Shown: positions 18,675 through 26,924 of the stretch, one piece after another
Layout: each line of letters starts with the position of its first letter
Numbering within the stretch: the stretch's first letter is position 1
Source: Candidatus Woesearchaeota archaeon
GTDB lineage: Archaea; Nanobdellota; Nanobdellia; Woesearchaeales; GW2011-AR15
NCBI GenBank assembly: GCA_016928835.1
Contig: JAFGJW010000006.1
Location: 180,191 to 244,190 of the forward strand
DNA: 64,000 bases
Direction of reading: 5' to 3'
Notes under the pieces: model-generated
The model's input: only the letters and a program-made list of their open reading frames with translations
Told to the model about the DNA's origin: nothing
Databases searched by the model: none
Translations under genes and position numbers: made by a program

Positions 18675-19232
18675 TTAGTTCATGATACTAATTAAAAATG
18701 GGGCGATGTTGAAAAACAACAGTGTGTTAAGTACTATGTTTGATACACTGAAGCTAATGTTCTTTCCGAGGTGATACGAAAACACAAAGTGGTAGAACAA
18801 GAATAGAAATATGTTCTTAACTAATGTAATAATTATGCCAGCTAGTGTTAAATTAAATACTTGAGATAGGGGTGTAACAATAGCCACGAGTATGTAGCCT
18901 AAAATCATGGGAAGCATAAATGGAGAGATATAACCATATATGATAGAAGAAAGGACTGAGCCGAGTATTGCCACAAACAAACCCGCCTTTATTCCATAGC
19001 TATATGTGCATAATATTATACCAAGAGTGAGAACTTCAATCTCAACTGGAAAATCAATATTTTTTTTATATGATGAAACAAATATGTTTAACAGGATAAA
19101 ACCTGTCACAAAAAACAAAGCCCGCATCTCTTTGCTAAATAGAAAATATAATAATATGAAAATGACAAAATTACCTAAATAAGCACATAATAGATATTTT
19201 TCCTTCTTGGTTAATTTTTTCAGTCTATTCAT
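18675..19232 (-). CDS. Integral membrane protein (paralog of 10671-11246)
   Basis: It has the same length class and helix pattern and shares the PVEIE motif. It lies directly upstream of topA with a 3-nt gap. Confidence 0.55.
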   Translation of the reverse strand: MNRLKKLTKKEKYLLCAYLGNFVIFILLYFLFSKEMRALFFVTGFILLNIFVSSYKKNIDFPVEIEVLTLGIILCTYSYGIKAGLFVAILGSVLSSIIYGYISPFMLPMILGYILVAIVTPLSQVFNLTLAGIIITLVKNIFLFLFYHFVFSYHLGKNISFSVSNIVLNTLLFFNIAPFLISIMN

Positions 19233-19333
19233 GGACTAAGGTTAATAAATCTTAATATAAAAAGTTTATTAATGTAGTGAATTTCTTAATATGAATAATA
19301 AAGCTTAAAGCTAGACTCAATTTCCCCTGTTAT

Positions 19334-20323
19334 GTGAAAGAGATTGCGGAGAATATTCTAGAGAGAATTTCCCTGGAGAAAGAGGGGCAGGTATTTATTA
19401 GACCGGAATACACTGCAGCAAAGATAAATAACAGTGATTTTATTTCTATTAAAAAAATTCATTCGAATCAACAATTAATCTTTGTTGATGGGGGAAATGC
19501 GGAAATCTTTCACACACCCAATATCTCTCTTTATTTTAACAGGTTATATTATACTCTGTATAAAAATAATAAAAGAATAAAAGGCAAAATCCTTGAATTC
19601 AATTCGCTTATTACAACTATCAGCAAAAGCAATGATTTATTTTTTCAGGTTGAATTATTTCCTGCCAAAGAGGGAATAAGCTTGCCAAAATTAAGATTTA
19701 GTATTTCTGACAATACTTTAACATCAAATAACAGGCCAGCTGATATCAGCAGAGTTGGGGATGTTGTGAGAAGACTAGCTGAGTTAAGATTGGCTCAGAC
19801 AATAAAAGAGGAGGCAATTATTATTTTAGATGGATCTCTTGAACCTAAGTATACTTATGAAGAAGAATTTATTGATAATTTGAGTAGAAGCAAAAATATT
19901 ATTTGTGGACTTTCAAAAACATCTGCACTATTAACCTTAAGTGGAGACTCTCTAATTGGACTGTTATATAAAATATCGCCAAAGCAGAGTTGGCTTTACA
20001 AGATTGCAGAGTCAGCTGATTCTTACATGTTTTGTGTAAAGCTTAATGAGAATTCAAAACACATATTCCGTTTGGATGTTGCCAGCAAGGACATAAGTAA
20101 GGTAGGAGAGACTGTATCATTGTTATCTGAAAACAGCAAAGATCCAATTTTTCCAGGCTATCCCTATGGTCTTATTGAAGCAGACAAATTTGCACGAGTA
20201 TCCAATAGAGAAGCAGAGAGATTAAAAACACAGTTGCAGCTGAGTTTCGGCAAAGATTACAATAAAATAATCCCCTATCTCAATGCAGGCAATGCACACA
20301 GTATTCTAGATACCATTAGTTAA
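19334..20323 (+). CDS. nurA: NurA-like nuclease (tentative)
   Basis: GTG start, 329 aa, the size class of archaeal NurA. It has the segments LIFVDGGNAEIF and AIIILDGSLEP, which resemble NurA catalytic DGS motifs. Confidence 0.45.
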   Translation: MKEIAENILERISLEKEGQVFIRPEYTAAKINNSDFISIKKIHSNQQLIFVDGGNAEIFHTPNISLYFNRLYYTLYKNNKRIKGKILEFNSLITTISKSNDLFFQVELFPAKEGISLPKLRFSISDNTLTSNNRPADISRVGDVVRRLAELRLAQTIKEEAIIILDGSLEPKYTYEEEFIDNLSRSKNIICGLSKTSALLTLSGDSLIGLLYKISPKQSWLYKIAESADSYMFCVKLNENSKHIFRLDVASKDISKVGETVSLLSENSKDPIFPGYPYGLIEADKFARVSNREAERLKTQLQLSFGKDYNKIIPYLNAGNAHSILDTIS

Positions 20324-20357
20324 ATTTAAATAAGCAAGTTCTTTGTGTATTTTTGAA

Positions 20358-21338
20358 ATGTATGATGTTATCACAGTAGGAAGCTCAACTGTTGATGTTT
20401 TTGCAGATTCTGAATCGGAGCTTATTAAGATAAAATCTTCGAAGGAGACAGAGGAATTAATAGCATATCCTTCTGGGTCAAAGATTCTTATCAGAAACAT
20501 TAGTTTTTTGACAGGAGGTGGCGGAACAAATACTGCGGTAGCACTTTCGAGATTAGGTCATAAAGTTGCTTATCTTGGCAAGCTCGGGAATGATATAAAT
20601 GCGGATATGATCCTTAGAGAATTGAGAGAAGAGAAGGTTGATTTTATAGGTGTACAGGAAAAAGGCATGTCCGGGTATTCTGTTATACTTAAAAGCCTGG
20701 AGCATGACCGCTCAATACTAGCATACAAAGGTGTCAATAATAACTTAGGGTATGAGGAGATTGATTTAAAGAAAGTAAGAACCAAGTGGTTTTATTTTTC
20801 AAGTATGGTTGGTGAATCGTATACCACCCTTGAAAAATTGGCGCAGTTTGCCAGGGAACAGAAAATTGGTGTTGTGTTTAATCCCAGCAATTATCTTGCA
20901 GAAAAAGGGACTACATATCTTAATAAAATCCTATCCAGGACCAAAATTCTTATTTTAAATAAGGATGAGGCTCAGTTGTTGGTTGGCAGGGGCCAGTGCA
21001 AAGACTTAATTGATAAGCTTATGAATTGCGGACCAGATCATGTGGTTGTGACTGATGGAAAGAATGGAGCTTACACATTTTTTAAGGGAAAAGTGCTTCA
21101 TGTTCTGCCAAGCAATATTACCCCTTTTGAGACAACAGGCGCAGGAGATGCATTTGCTGCCTCATTCCTATCTGGAATAATTAAGAAAGGAGATGTTGAA
21201 TTTGCATTAAAGCTCGCCCAGACAAATGCTGAATCTGTTATCCAATTTACAGGAGCAAAAAATAGACTTCTTACCTACAGAGAGGCTTTACAACTTCTTA
21301 AAAAGCGTAAAATTAAAGTACGTAAGGGCAGCATTTAA
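20358..21338 (+). CDS. PfkB-family sugar/nucleoside kinase (ribokinase-like)
   Basis: ATG at 20358 gives MYDVITVGSSTVDVF. The motifs GGGGTNTAVALSRLG and ETTGAGDAFAASFLSG are PfkB signatures. Confidence 0.85.
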   Translation: MYDVITVGSSTVDVFADSESELIKIKSSKETEELIAYPSGSKILIRNISFLTGGGGTNTAVALSRLGHKVAYLGKLGNDINADMILRELREEKVDFIGVQEKGMSGYSVILKSLEHDRSILAYKGVNNNLGYEEIDLKKVRTKWFYFSSMVGESYTTLEKLAQFAREQKIGVVFNPSNYLAEKGTTYLNKILSRTKILILNKDEAQLLVGRGQCKDLIDKLMNCGPDHVVVTDGKNGAYTFFKGKVLHVLPSNITPFETTGAGDAFAASFLSGIIKKGDVEFALKLAQTNAESVIQFTGAKNRLLTYREALQLLKKRKIKVRKGSI

Positions 21339-21418
21339 ACTTTTTGGTTGAGTTTTATTAAACCCAATCTTTATATATTCCCAATTAGAGCATATAGATT
21401 ATTGAGGGGCAACAATAA

Positions 21419-21565
21419 ATGATGCAGTATTCCAGGCTGGGGATATATGATAATGTGCCGGAAATGAAGAAGAAGAAAACGGCTGAAGCAAAGTCGGTGG
21501 ACTGGATAAATATGGTTCTGTTTGGTTTGCTATTAATTGTTGTGATATTGTTTATTGTTACCTAA
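21419..21565 (+). CDS. Possible 48-aa tail-anchored membrane peptide (below the ORF-track size cut-off)
   Basis: ATGATG is preceded by a GAGGGG Shine-Dalgarno-like element. The peptide is MMQYSRLGIYDNVPEMKKKKTAEAKSVDWINMVLFGLLLIVVILFIVT. It overlaps the 3-prime end of the convergent gene by 33 nt. Confidence 0.3.
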   Translation: MMQYSRLGIYDNVPEMKKKKTAEAKSVDWINMVLFGLLLIVVILFIVT

Positions 21566-22435
21566 ATATTTGATATAGTCTTTCTTATATTTGAAACCGT
21601 GCTTCTTTGTCAATTTTAATAGTATCTTGTCAAAACCACTTCCATATTGAGCAGCTTTTTTTGGCCGGAAAGCGAATTCTTTTTTTAATCCGATTTCCAG
21701 GGCTATTTCTCGCAGAATGTATTTTTTTATGTGATTTTTTATCTTATATTTTGAAGGGGCTTTCATTGCGTCTTGAATTAAAGTTTTATCTAGGAAAGGC
21801 GTGAGAAAGGCTGTGTTTGTTGCTTTGCTTAATATATATTCTCGGATTAGGTCTCTCTGCCACATTTTCTGTAATCCTGTCCAGCATTCTTTGTTTATGT
21901 CTTTGCTTAGCTCATGCCTTTGATAGCCAGCAAAGATCTCTTCTGAGCCAAGGCCGGAAAAAAATGTGTTGATGTTATCTGATTCGGCGAGTTGAATGCA
22001 TGCCAGTTCAACACTTGCCACACCAACATTGACAACATTTGCATTTTCTCCTAGAATTGAGACAGACTGCTTAAGTATCTGATCTCCCTGCTCAAGAGTT
22101 AAGGTCTTATGTTTGAGTCTGAAGCTGCATTCTTTAGCAATTTTTTTTGCCCAAAATAAATCTTGTGAGTTCTCAAAACCAATAGTGTAGCAGAAGAAAT
22201 CATCTGAAAATCTTTTTAAAATGAAAGCTATTAATGTTGAATCTACTCCTCCTGAAAAGAAAACTCCAAACCCTTGTTTTGGGGTTCTTTTCTTGATTGC
22301 TTGTATTAAAGAATATTTTATGTCTTTTTTTAATAAGGCGTAATTGTTGATTATTTTTGTTTCTTTTCTAAATTTAGATATTTGCTTATTCCAATCTTGT
22401 TCTGTGATTAAGGAATTATTGATTATTATTTGCAT
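21533..22435 (-). CDS. Asparagine synthase-domain (N-type ATP pyrophosphatase) protein lacking a glutaminase domain
   Basis: PP-loop GVFFSGGVDSTLIA and SGLGSEEIFAGY are typical of the AsnB C-terminal domain. At 300 aa there is no N-terminal Ntn domain. Confidence 0.7.
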   Translation of the reverse strand: MQIIINNSLITEQDWNKQISKFRKETKIINNYALLKKDIKYSLIQAIKKRTPKQGFGVFFSGGVDSTLIAFILKRFSDDFFCYTIGFENSQDLFWAKKIAKECSFRLKHKTLTLEQGDQILKQSVSILGENANVVNVGVASVELACIQLAESDNINTFFSGLGSEEIFAGYQRHELSKDINKECWTGLQKMWQRDLIREYILSKATNTAFLTPFLDKTLIQDAMKAPSKYKIKNHIKKYILREIALEIGLKKEFAFRPKKAAQYGSGFDKILLKLTKKHGFKYKKDYIKYLGNNKQYHNN

Positions 22436-22493
22436 GATGATAGAGAAAAAGAAGGTTTGTTATAAGATTATTGGCAGAAAAGATATACGAATT

Positions 22494-22808
22494 TTAGTTT
22501 TTTCTTTTTTCCCTGCGTTGAGGTGCCCTCTTTTGCCAAAAAACTTCTCGTCCGCCCCCGCCATGTCGTGGAACAATTCCTAGTTCTCTCAGAATATCCA
22601 CTTCTAATTTCCTTTGTCTCTTTTGTTTCTTCCCCCGATTTGCACCTGCCGAATATAGCTGTGAACCAACACGGCCCATAGCAAGTGTCAGAGAATAAGT
22701 CTTACATGGTATGGGCATTCCTAGGTAATGGGAAACATTTGAATCAGAGAACAGTCTTTCATCCAAAACTCCATTTGGGGTATATTGCCTTCTTGTTAGA
22801 TAATACAT
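22494..22808 (-). CDS. Hypothetical small basic protein downstream of herA
   Basis: The ATG at 22808 lies 11 nt after the herA stop. The C-terminal tail is GANRGKKQKRQRK...PRHGGGGREVFWQKRAPQRREKRKN, and the 3-prime part is locally GC-rich. Confidence 0.4.
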   Translation of the reverse strand: MYYLTRRQYTPNGVLDERLFSDSNVSHYLGMPIPCKTYSLTLAMGRVGSQLYSAGANRGKKQKRQRKLEVDILRELGIVPRHGGGGREVFWQKRAPQRREKRKN

Positions 22809-22819
22809 TTTAAATCCTT

Positions 22820-24796
22820 TCAATATTTAACATCATACTTAACAATAAAGCATTCTCTCTGGTCCTTTATGGTTGTGAATTTAGAAAGCATCTCTTTTAC
22901 CTTGTCCAGGTTAGCCTTTGGTTCAAGCTTATTTTGGCAGTTTATTTTTAGGAATTTTATTTTTTGGTAGCATGCATTTTTTGATAGATGAGATAAGATA
23001 TATTTGTCTGAGAGCTTGTAATGCTCATCTTTTTGTATGAAACCTTTCTTAACAAGGCCATTTAAAGATTCTTTTATATCAAGACTCAGGCCCTGCTTAA
23101 TTAGATCTCCCTCTCTGAATTTCTTTAGCTTATATGCAAGCTGCAATATTCTTACCTCTTTCTTATCAAGTCTATCCAATTCAGGCAGTTTTCTAGTAGT
23201 AAATTGCTCAATATCCACCACTACCTCTCCCTCAACCATTTCAATCAAGATATTATACTCCTGGTCTTTTTCTGAGCATAAGAAAAGATATCCTGGTACT
23301 AGTGTGAGCTGTATATTTTCAATTTCCTTATCGCTCATCAACTCTATATCCTTAGGGGTAATCTTCGGCTTGATTATCGGCAACAATTCTTGCTCCTCAA
23401 ATTCCTGCACTTTTTCAAGGAATTTTTCTTCCTGCGCAACTTCTAATATCTGGGCAGCATGGCCTCCGTGCTGTGATTTTCTAGGGCGGATGTTAACAAA
23501 TAAAGGCATATCAACTATTCCTGTAATCAGAGCTGTGCCAATGGGCAGGTTTTTAACTTCATCTTCTGATTCTGCTGTTATTCCTTCAACACTATTTGAG
23601 ATGGCTTTTAAATCATTAGGATTAGTTACCTTGAGTATAATCTGGGTTGTGCATTGGCTCAATACAGATTTATCAACACGAGCCGGCCTTTGGCTTACAA
23701 TGCAGAGGCCTAAACCAAATTTCCTTCCCTCGCTGGCAATAGTTCGCATTATTTTTGATGAATGCCCTTCTCCAAAACTGCGTTCAGGAGCAAAATTATG
23801 TGCTTCTTCTATTACTGTGAAAAAGGGTGGAATTTTCTCTTTTTTTCTCAGTTCAAACAGATCCTTGTATAATTTATACACAATTAGTTCTTGTACATCA
23901 GGCGATATTCCTTTAAGGTTGATTACTGAGCATTTGCCTGGCTGTATTAGCTCATTATATGACAGAAAAGAATCTGTAAAAATATCCAGATTGTTAAGAT
24001 ACTCCAAATTATTAATCAATGTCCATTTTGCATTTGATTCTTCATGCTCCAATGCTAAGATTACATTTGTAAAATTCACTATATCTAAATGCTTTATTGC
24101 ACTATACATTAGACCCATCTGGGTATTACTTAACTTACCTGGTATTAATTGCACTAACTCATGGGGAGAGAATTGGTTGTTCAGTTTTAATGGTCTGACA
24201 CCTGGATTTAGATTTATATCACCATATTCCTGGATATTTGTATAGGCTTTTGGCTCGAGATTGAATTTAGCAAGCATCTCTTTTTCTTCTTCATTCTTGT
24301 ATTTCAACGAGGAGTATTCGCCATGCGGGTCAATTATAAGGGTAGGAACTTTCTTTTCAATTATCTCCTCTATTAACACACCCACGGTATAGCTCTTTCC
24401 TGCGCCGCTTTTTGCTAAGATTGCCACATGCTTTGTGAGGAGTTTTTTTAAGTCCAAATTAATGTCTATATCCCTTCCCTCTAATTTGCCAACATAAGCA
24501 CCTTGAGCGTCAAGCTTGATTATGCCTCTAATAAAATCATCATCTGCTTTCAACACTTCTGTGTTCTGATCAAACGGGATTCTAATAGGTCTTATTCTGC
24601 CTCTGTCATCTTTGTAGCCGATGACAATGCACTTTGCAATGTCCTTATCAGTCCTTTCTATCTCTAAAACCTGACATAAAACATAATCATACACCTTATG
24701 CGGTACTTGAATGAATTCAAACTTCTTAGTCTCTTTTTCTACGAGAAAATTGAAATGCGTAGTAGTTATTTTCCCAAAGATTTTGCCCAGAATCAT
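22820..24796 (-). CDS. herA: HerA/DUF87-type FtsK-HerA superfamily ATPase with a C-terminal winged-helix-like extension
   Basis: Walker A is AILAKSGAGKSYTV and Walker B is PPFFTVIEEAHNFAP, followed by RKFGLGLCIVSQRP. About 200 extra C-terminal residues contain KEVRILQLAYKL...GLVKKGFIQKDE. Confidence 0.8.
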   Translation of the reverse strand: MILGKIFGKITTTHFNFLVEKETKKFEFIQVPHKVYDYVLCQVLEIERTDKDIAKCIVIGYKDDRGRIRPIRIPFDQNTEVLKADDDFIRGIIKLDAQGAYVGKLEGRDIDINLDLKKLLTKHVAILAKSGAGKSYTVGVLIEEIIEKKVPTLIIDPHGEYSSLKYKNEEEKEMLAKFNLEPKAYTNIQEYGDINLNPGVRPLKLNNQFSPHELVQLIPGKLSNTQMGLMYSAIKHLDIVNFTNVILALEHEESNAKWTLINNLEYLNNLDIFTDSFLSYNELIQPGKCSVINLKGISPDVQELIVYKLYKDLFELRKKEKIPPFFTVIEEAHNFAPERSFGEGHSSKIMRTIASEGRKFGLGLCIVSQRPARVDKSVLSQCTTQIILKVTNPNDLKAISNSVEGITAESEDEVKNLPIGTALITGIVDMPLFVNIRPRKSQHGGHAAQILEVAQEEKFLEKVQEFEEQELLPIIKPKITPKDIELMSDKEIENIQLTLVPGYLFLCSEKDQEYNILIEMVEGEVVVDIEQFTTRKLPELDRLDKKEVRILQLAYKLKKFREGDLIKQGLSLDIKESLNGLVKKGFIQKDEHYKLSDKYILSHLSKNACYQKIKFLKINCQNKLEPKANLDKVKEMLSKFTTIKDQRECFIVKYDVKY

Positions 24797-24912
24797 AGGT
24801 TAGTAGAATGGGAAGGTGTTTAAATAGATTTCACCTAAAAATGCTGCTGCAATGAGTAAAACTTATATATAAGGTATAGCTAACCCCATAGAAATATTCG
24901 AAAGGTGAGAAA

Positions 24913-25422
24913 ATGACATATGGCCCGATAGGTATTCAAACCACAGGACACGAAAGATATGACAGACCGAGAGACCATGCATTAGAACAGTATGCCAGAA
25001 GCGAGGGACTTCACGTGGAGCAATTATACCACGATGCACGAGTCCAACAACCCAGTAGAAATCTTGGAGAGCTTATTAACACTTTTAATACCTATATATC
25101 TAACCTAGGTATTGGCACTAGAAGATTGCCTACAAGAATTGACAGGGCATTATATAGTATTAACCCATTTGTTAGAGGAGAAGAAGATATTGGACAGGAA
25201 GGACAACTTGTTCCAGTCGGTGTTAGTGCATCTCCTGCAATACACGGGCCCAGAGACGTATATGATTTGAATATTTATAATGCATCTGGAAGGACAGGAA
25301 CAAGAGGTAGAGAGCCTAGATTAAGAGGACCGAAACAACCTGGAGGAAGGTCAGACAGAGGTAAACAGAGCAGAAATGGGAACAAAGGTCCTCGCAAAAA
25401 AAGGAGACCTCATGAGCAATAG
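24913..25422 (+). CDS. Orphan Arg/Gly/Pro/Gln-rich protein with atypical composition
   Basis: The ATG is preceded by GGTGA. Two hand-counted 60-nt lines gave 48-53% GC. The tail is GRTGTRGREPRLRGPKQPGGRSDRGKQSRNGNKGPRKKRRPHEQ. No family was recognised. Confidence 0.4.
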   Translation: MTYGPIGIQTTGHERYDRPRDHALEQYARSEGLHVEQLYHDARVQQPSRNLGELINTFNTYISNLGIGTRRLPTRIDRALYSINPFVRGEEDIGQEGQLVPVGVSASPAIHGPRDVYDLNIYNASGRTGTRGREPRLRGPKQPGGRSDRGKQSRNGNKGPRKKRRPHEQ

Positions 25423-25553
25423 AGTTAACAATTGACTTTTTTCTTTCTTATTAATATTTAGTAAGTTTTTATTAAAATAGATAATAATAGACATCCCGGA
25501 AGCATAATTTATATATAAGATATGAAAAACATCCTGCATGAGCACAGATTACC

Positions 25554-25571
25554 AGAGAGAGAGAGAGAGAG
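25554..25571. repeat. (AG)9 dinucleotide microsatellite
   Basis: agagagagagagagagag read directly. It lies inside two overlapping short ORFs in different frames. Confidence 0.95.
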
Positions 25572-25783
25572 CGCTGTTTATCACAAATACTGGGAATGGA
25601 TTTGCGTTAACAGAACGGACTCCAAGACTAAGGGTATTATATAAGACAAGGCCAGAAGGGACTGAAGAGGTAAGTCAACATATTCTAAGAAGTCTACGAA
25701 GAGCATAATAATAGAAAAATAATTGTCCTTTCCAAAACAATTATAAACTCTTTTTTATTTAATTAATAAAAAAGGTGATTCTA

Positions 25784-26032
25784 ATGGCAGAACAAGAAGT
25801 CAGCAAAGATGAGCAAGTAGGCTTTCATAAGGGTTCTTTATCAACATTGGCCAAGGAAAGGCAAGAGCTTTTAAAAATGGTCAATATAGTAGAGCAGTTG
25901 ATGCAGATGCACGTAAAAGCATTACAGGAACTAGGAGTTGATTTGCAGAAGATGGCGGAAGAGGCAGAGAAGCAGCAGGGAGAGAAAAAGCCTATAGAAG
26001 ATATAATTAAGAAAGAGAAAAAGAAAGAATAA
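25784..26032 (+). CDS. Small coiled-coil protein
   Basis: GGTGAttctaATG, a Shine-Dalgarno element plus ATG at 25784. The protein is an 82-aa helical Glu/Lys/Gln-rich sequence directly abutting the next gene. Confidence 0.5.
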   Translation: MAEQEVSKDEQVGFHKGSLSTLAKERQELLKMVNIVEQLMQMHVKALQELGVDLQKMAEEAEKQQGEKKPIEDIIKKEKKKE

Positions 26033-26419
26033 ATGTTTACTTTTTCTATTTATGGCCACAAAAATATTCTGGGAACTCATCAAAAAACTATAGAATTTAC
26101 TAAGGATTCTGAAGTAAGCAGGAAAGGCGACTGCATTGTGGGAGTTAGAGCTGAGTATAGCCTTACGGAATTAAAGGATTATTTAAGAAATTGTAATGAG
26201 ATTAGTGTCATAATAGAAGCTGATAATTTAAAAGAAGAGATTATCTGCTATTATAATAAAGTATTTAATGATTTGCATGAAATTGTTGTTAGAAAGAGTG
26301 ACTTTATCTCGAGGAGGACTCTCGGAACAAATGCTAACAAGGCTGCTATAGATATTAGCAGGAGGCTTATAGACTACCTAAAAAATCCGAAAAATAAGGC
26401 CAAGGTCACGATAAGATGA
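26033..26419 (+). CDS. DUF371-like conserved archaeal protein
   Basis: IYGHKNILGTHQKTIEFTKDSEVSRKGDCIVGV matches my recollection of the DUF371 signature (GH.N..a.H..T.E.T.d...t..GDCI.gV). Confidence 0.65.
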   Translation: MFTFSIYGHKNILGTHQKTIEFTKDSEVSRKGDCIVGVRAEYSLTELKDYLRNCNEISVIIEADNLKEEIICYYNKVFNDLHEIVVRKSDFISRRTLGTNANKAAIDISRRLIDYLKNPKNKAKVTIR

Positions 26420-26868
26420 GGAAAATACTTCAGAAAAGCGAAAAAAAAGAATTAAATGAAAGGATACTTGGAGAGTATAGACTCGAGTTCATAGACAAGA
26501 AAGACAAGGTGGAGCTCATTGATGATGTTTATTTTAAAAATGATGAGCCTGTTTTTTTTATTCAGAATAACAAATTAATACCAACTCTAAAATTGATTTT
26601 GAAAAACAATTTTTTAAAGAATATCACAGTAGACATGGGTGCAGTGAAGTTTGTTGTGAACGGCGCAGATATTATGAGACCAGGTATTGTTCAGATGGAT
26701 GAAGATATTGAAGAAGGCGAAGTTATCTGCGTGATAGACACCACTCATTCAAAACCATTGGCAATAGGAATTGCCTTGTTTTCTGGCAGAGATATGCAGA
26801 AGATGAGTTCTGGAAAAGCTGTGAAGAATATGCATTGGGTGGGAGATAAAATCTGGATTTCCCATTGA
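26416..26868 (+). CDS. PUA-domain RNA-binding protein (MCT-1/Tma20-like)
   Basis: VDMGAVKFVVNGADIMRPGIV...GEVICVID...KPLAIGIALFS is a PUA-domain pattern. The start overlaps the upstream gene by 4 nt. Confidence 0.7.
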   Translation: MRKILQKSEKKELNERILGEYRLEFIDKKDKVELIDDVYFKNDEPVFFIQNNKLIPTLKLILKNNFLKNITVDMGAVKFVVNGADIMRPGIVQMDEDIEEGEVICVIDTTHSKPLAIGIALFSGRDMQKMSSGKAVKNMHWVGDKIWISH

Positions 26869-26924
26869 AAAGTAACTACAACCAAGATAATTTTTTATAT
26901 TAATTCTCTTTCAAACACCTAAAA

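Noticed and set aside
23037-24245. A 402-aa ORF on the + strand, antisense to herA.
   Set aside because: It lies entirely inside the well-supported herA frame and gives a low-complexity Ser/Leu/Phe/Cys-rich translation with no motifs. Long antisense ORFs are expected opposite AT-rich, Lys/Glu/Ile-rich coding sequence.
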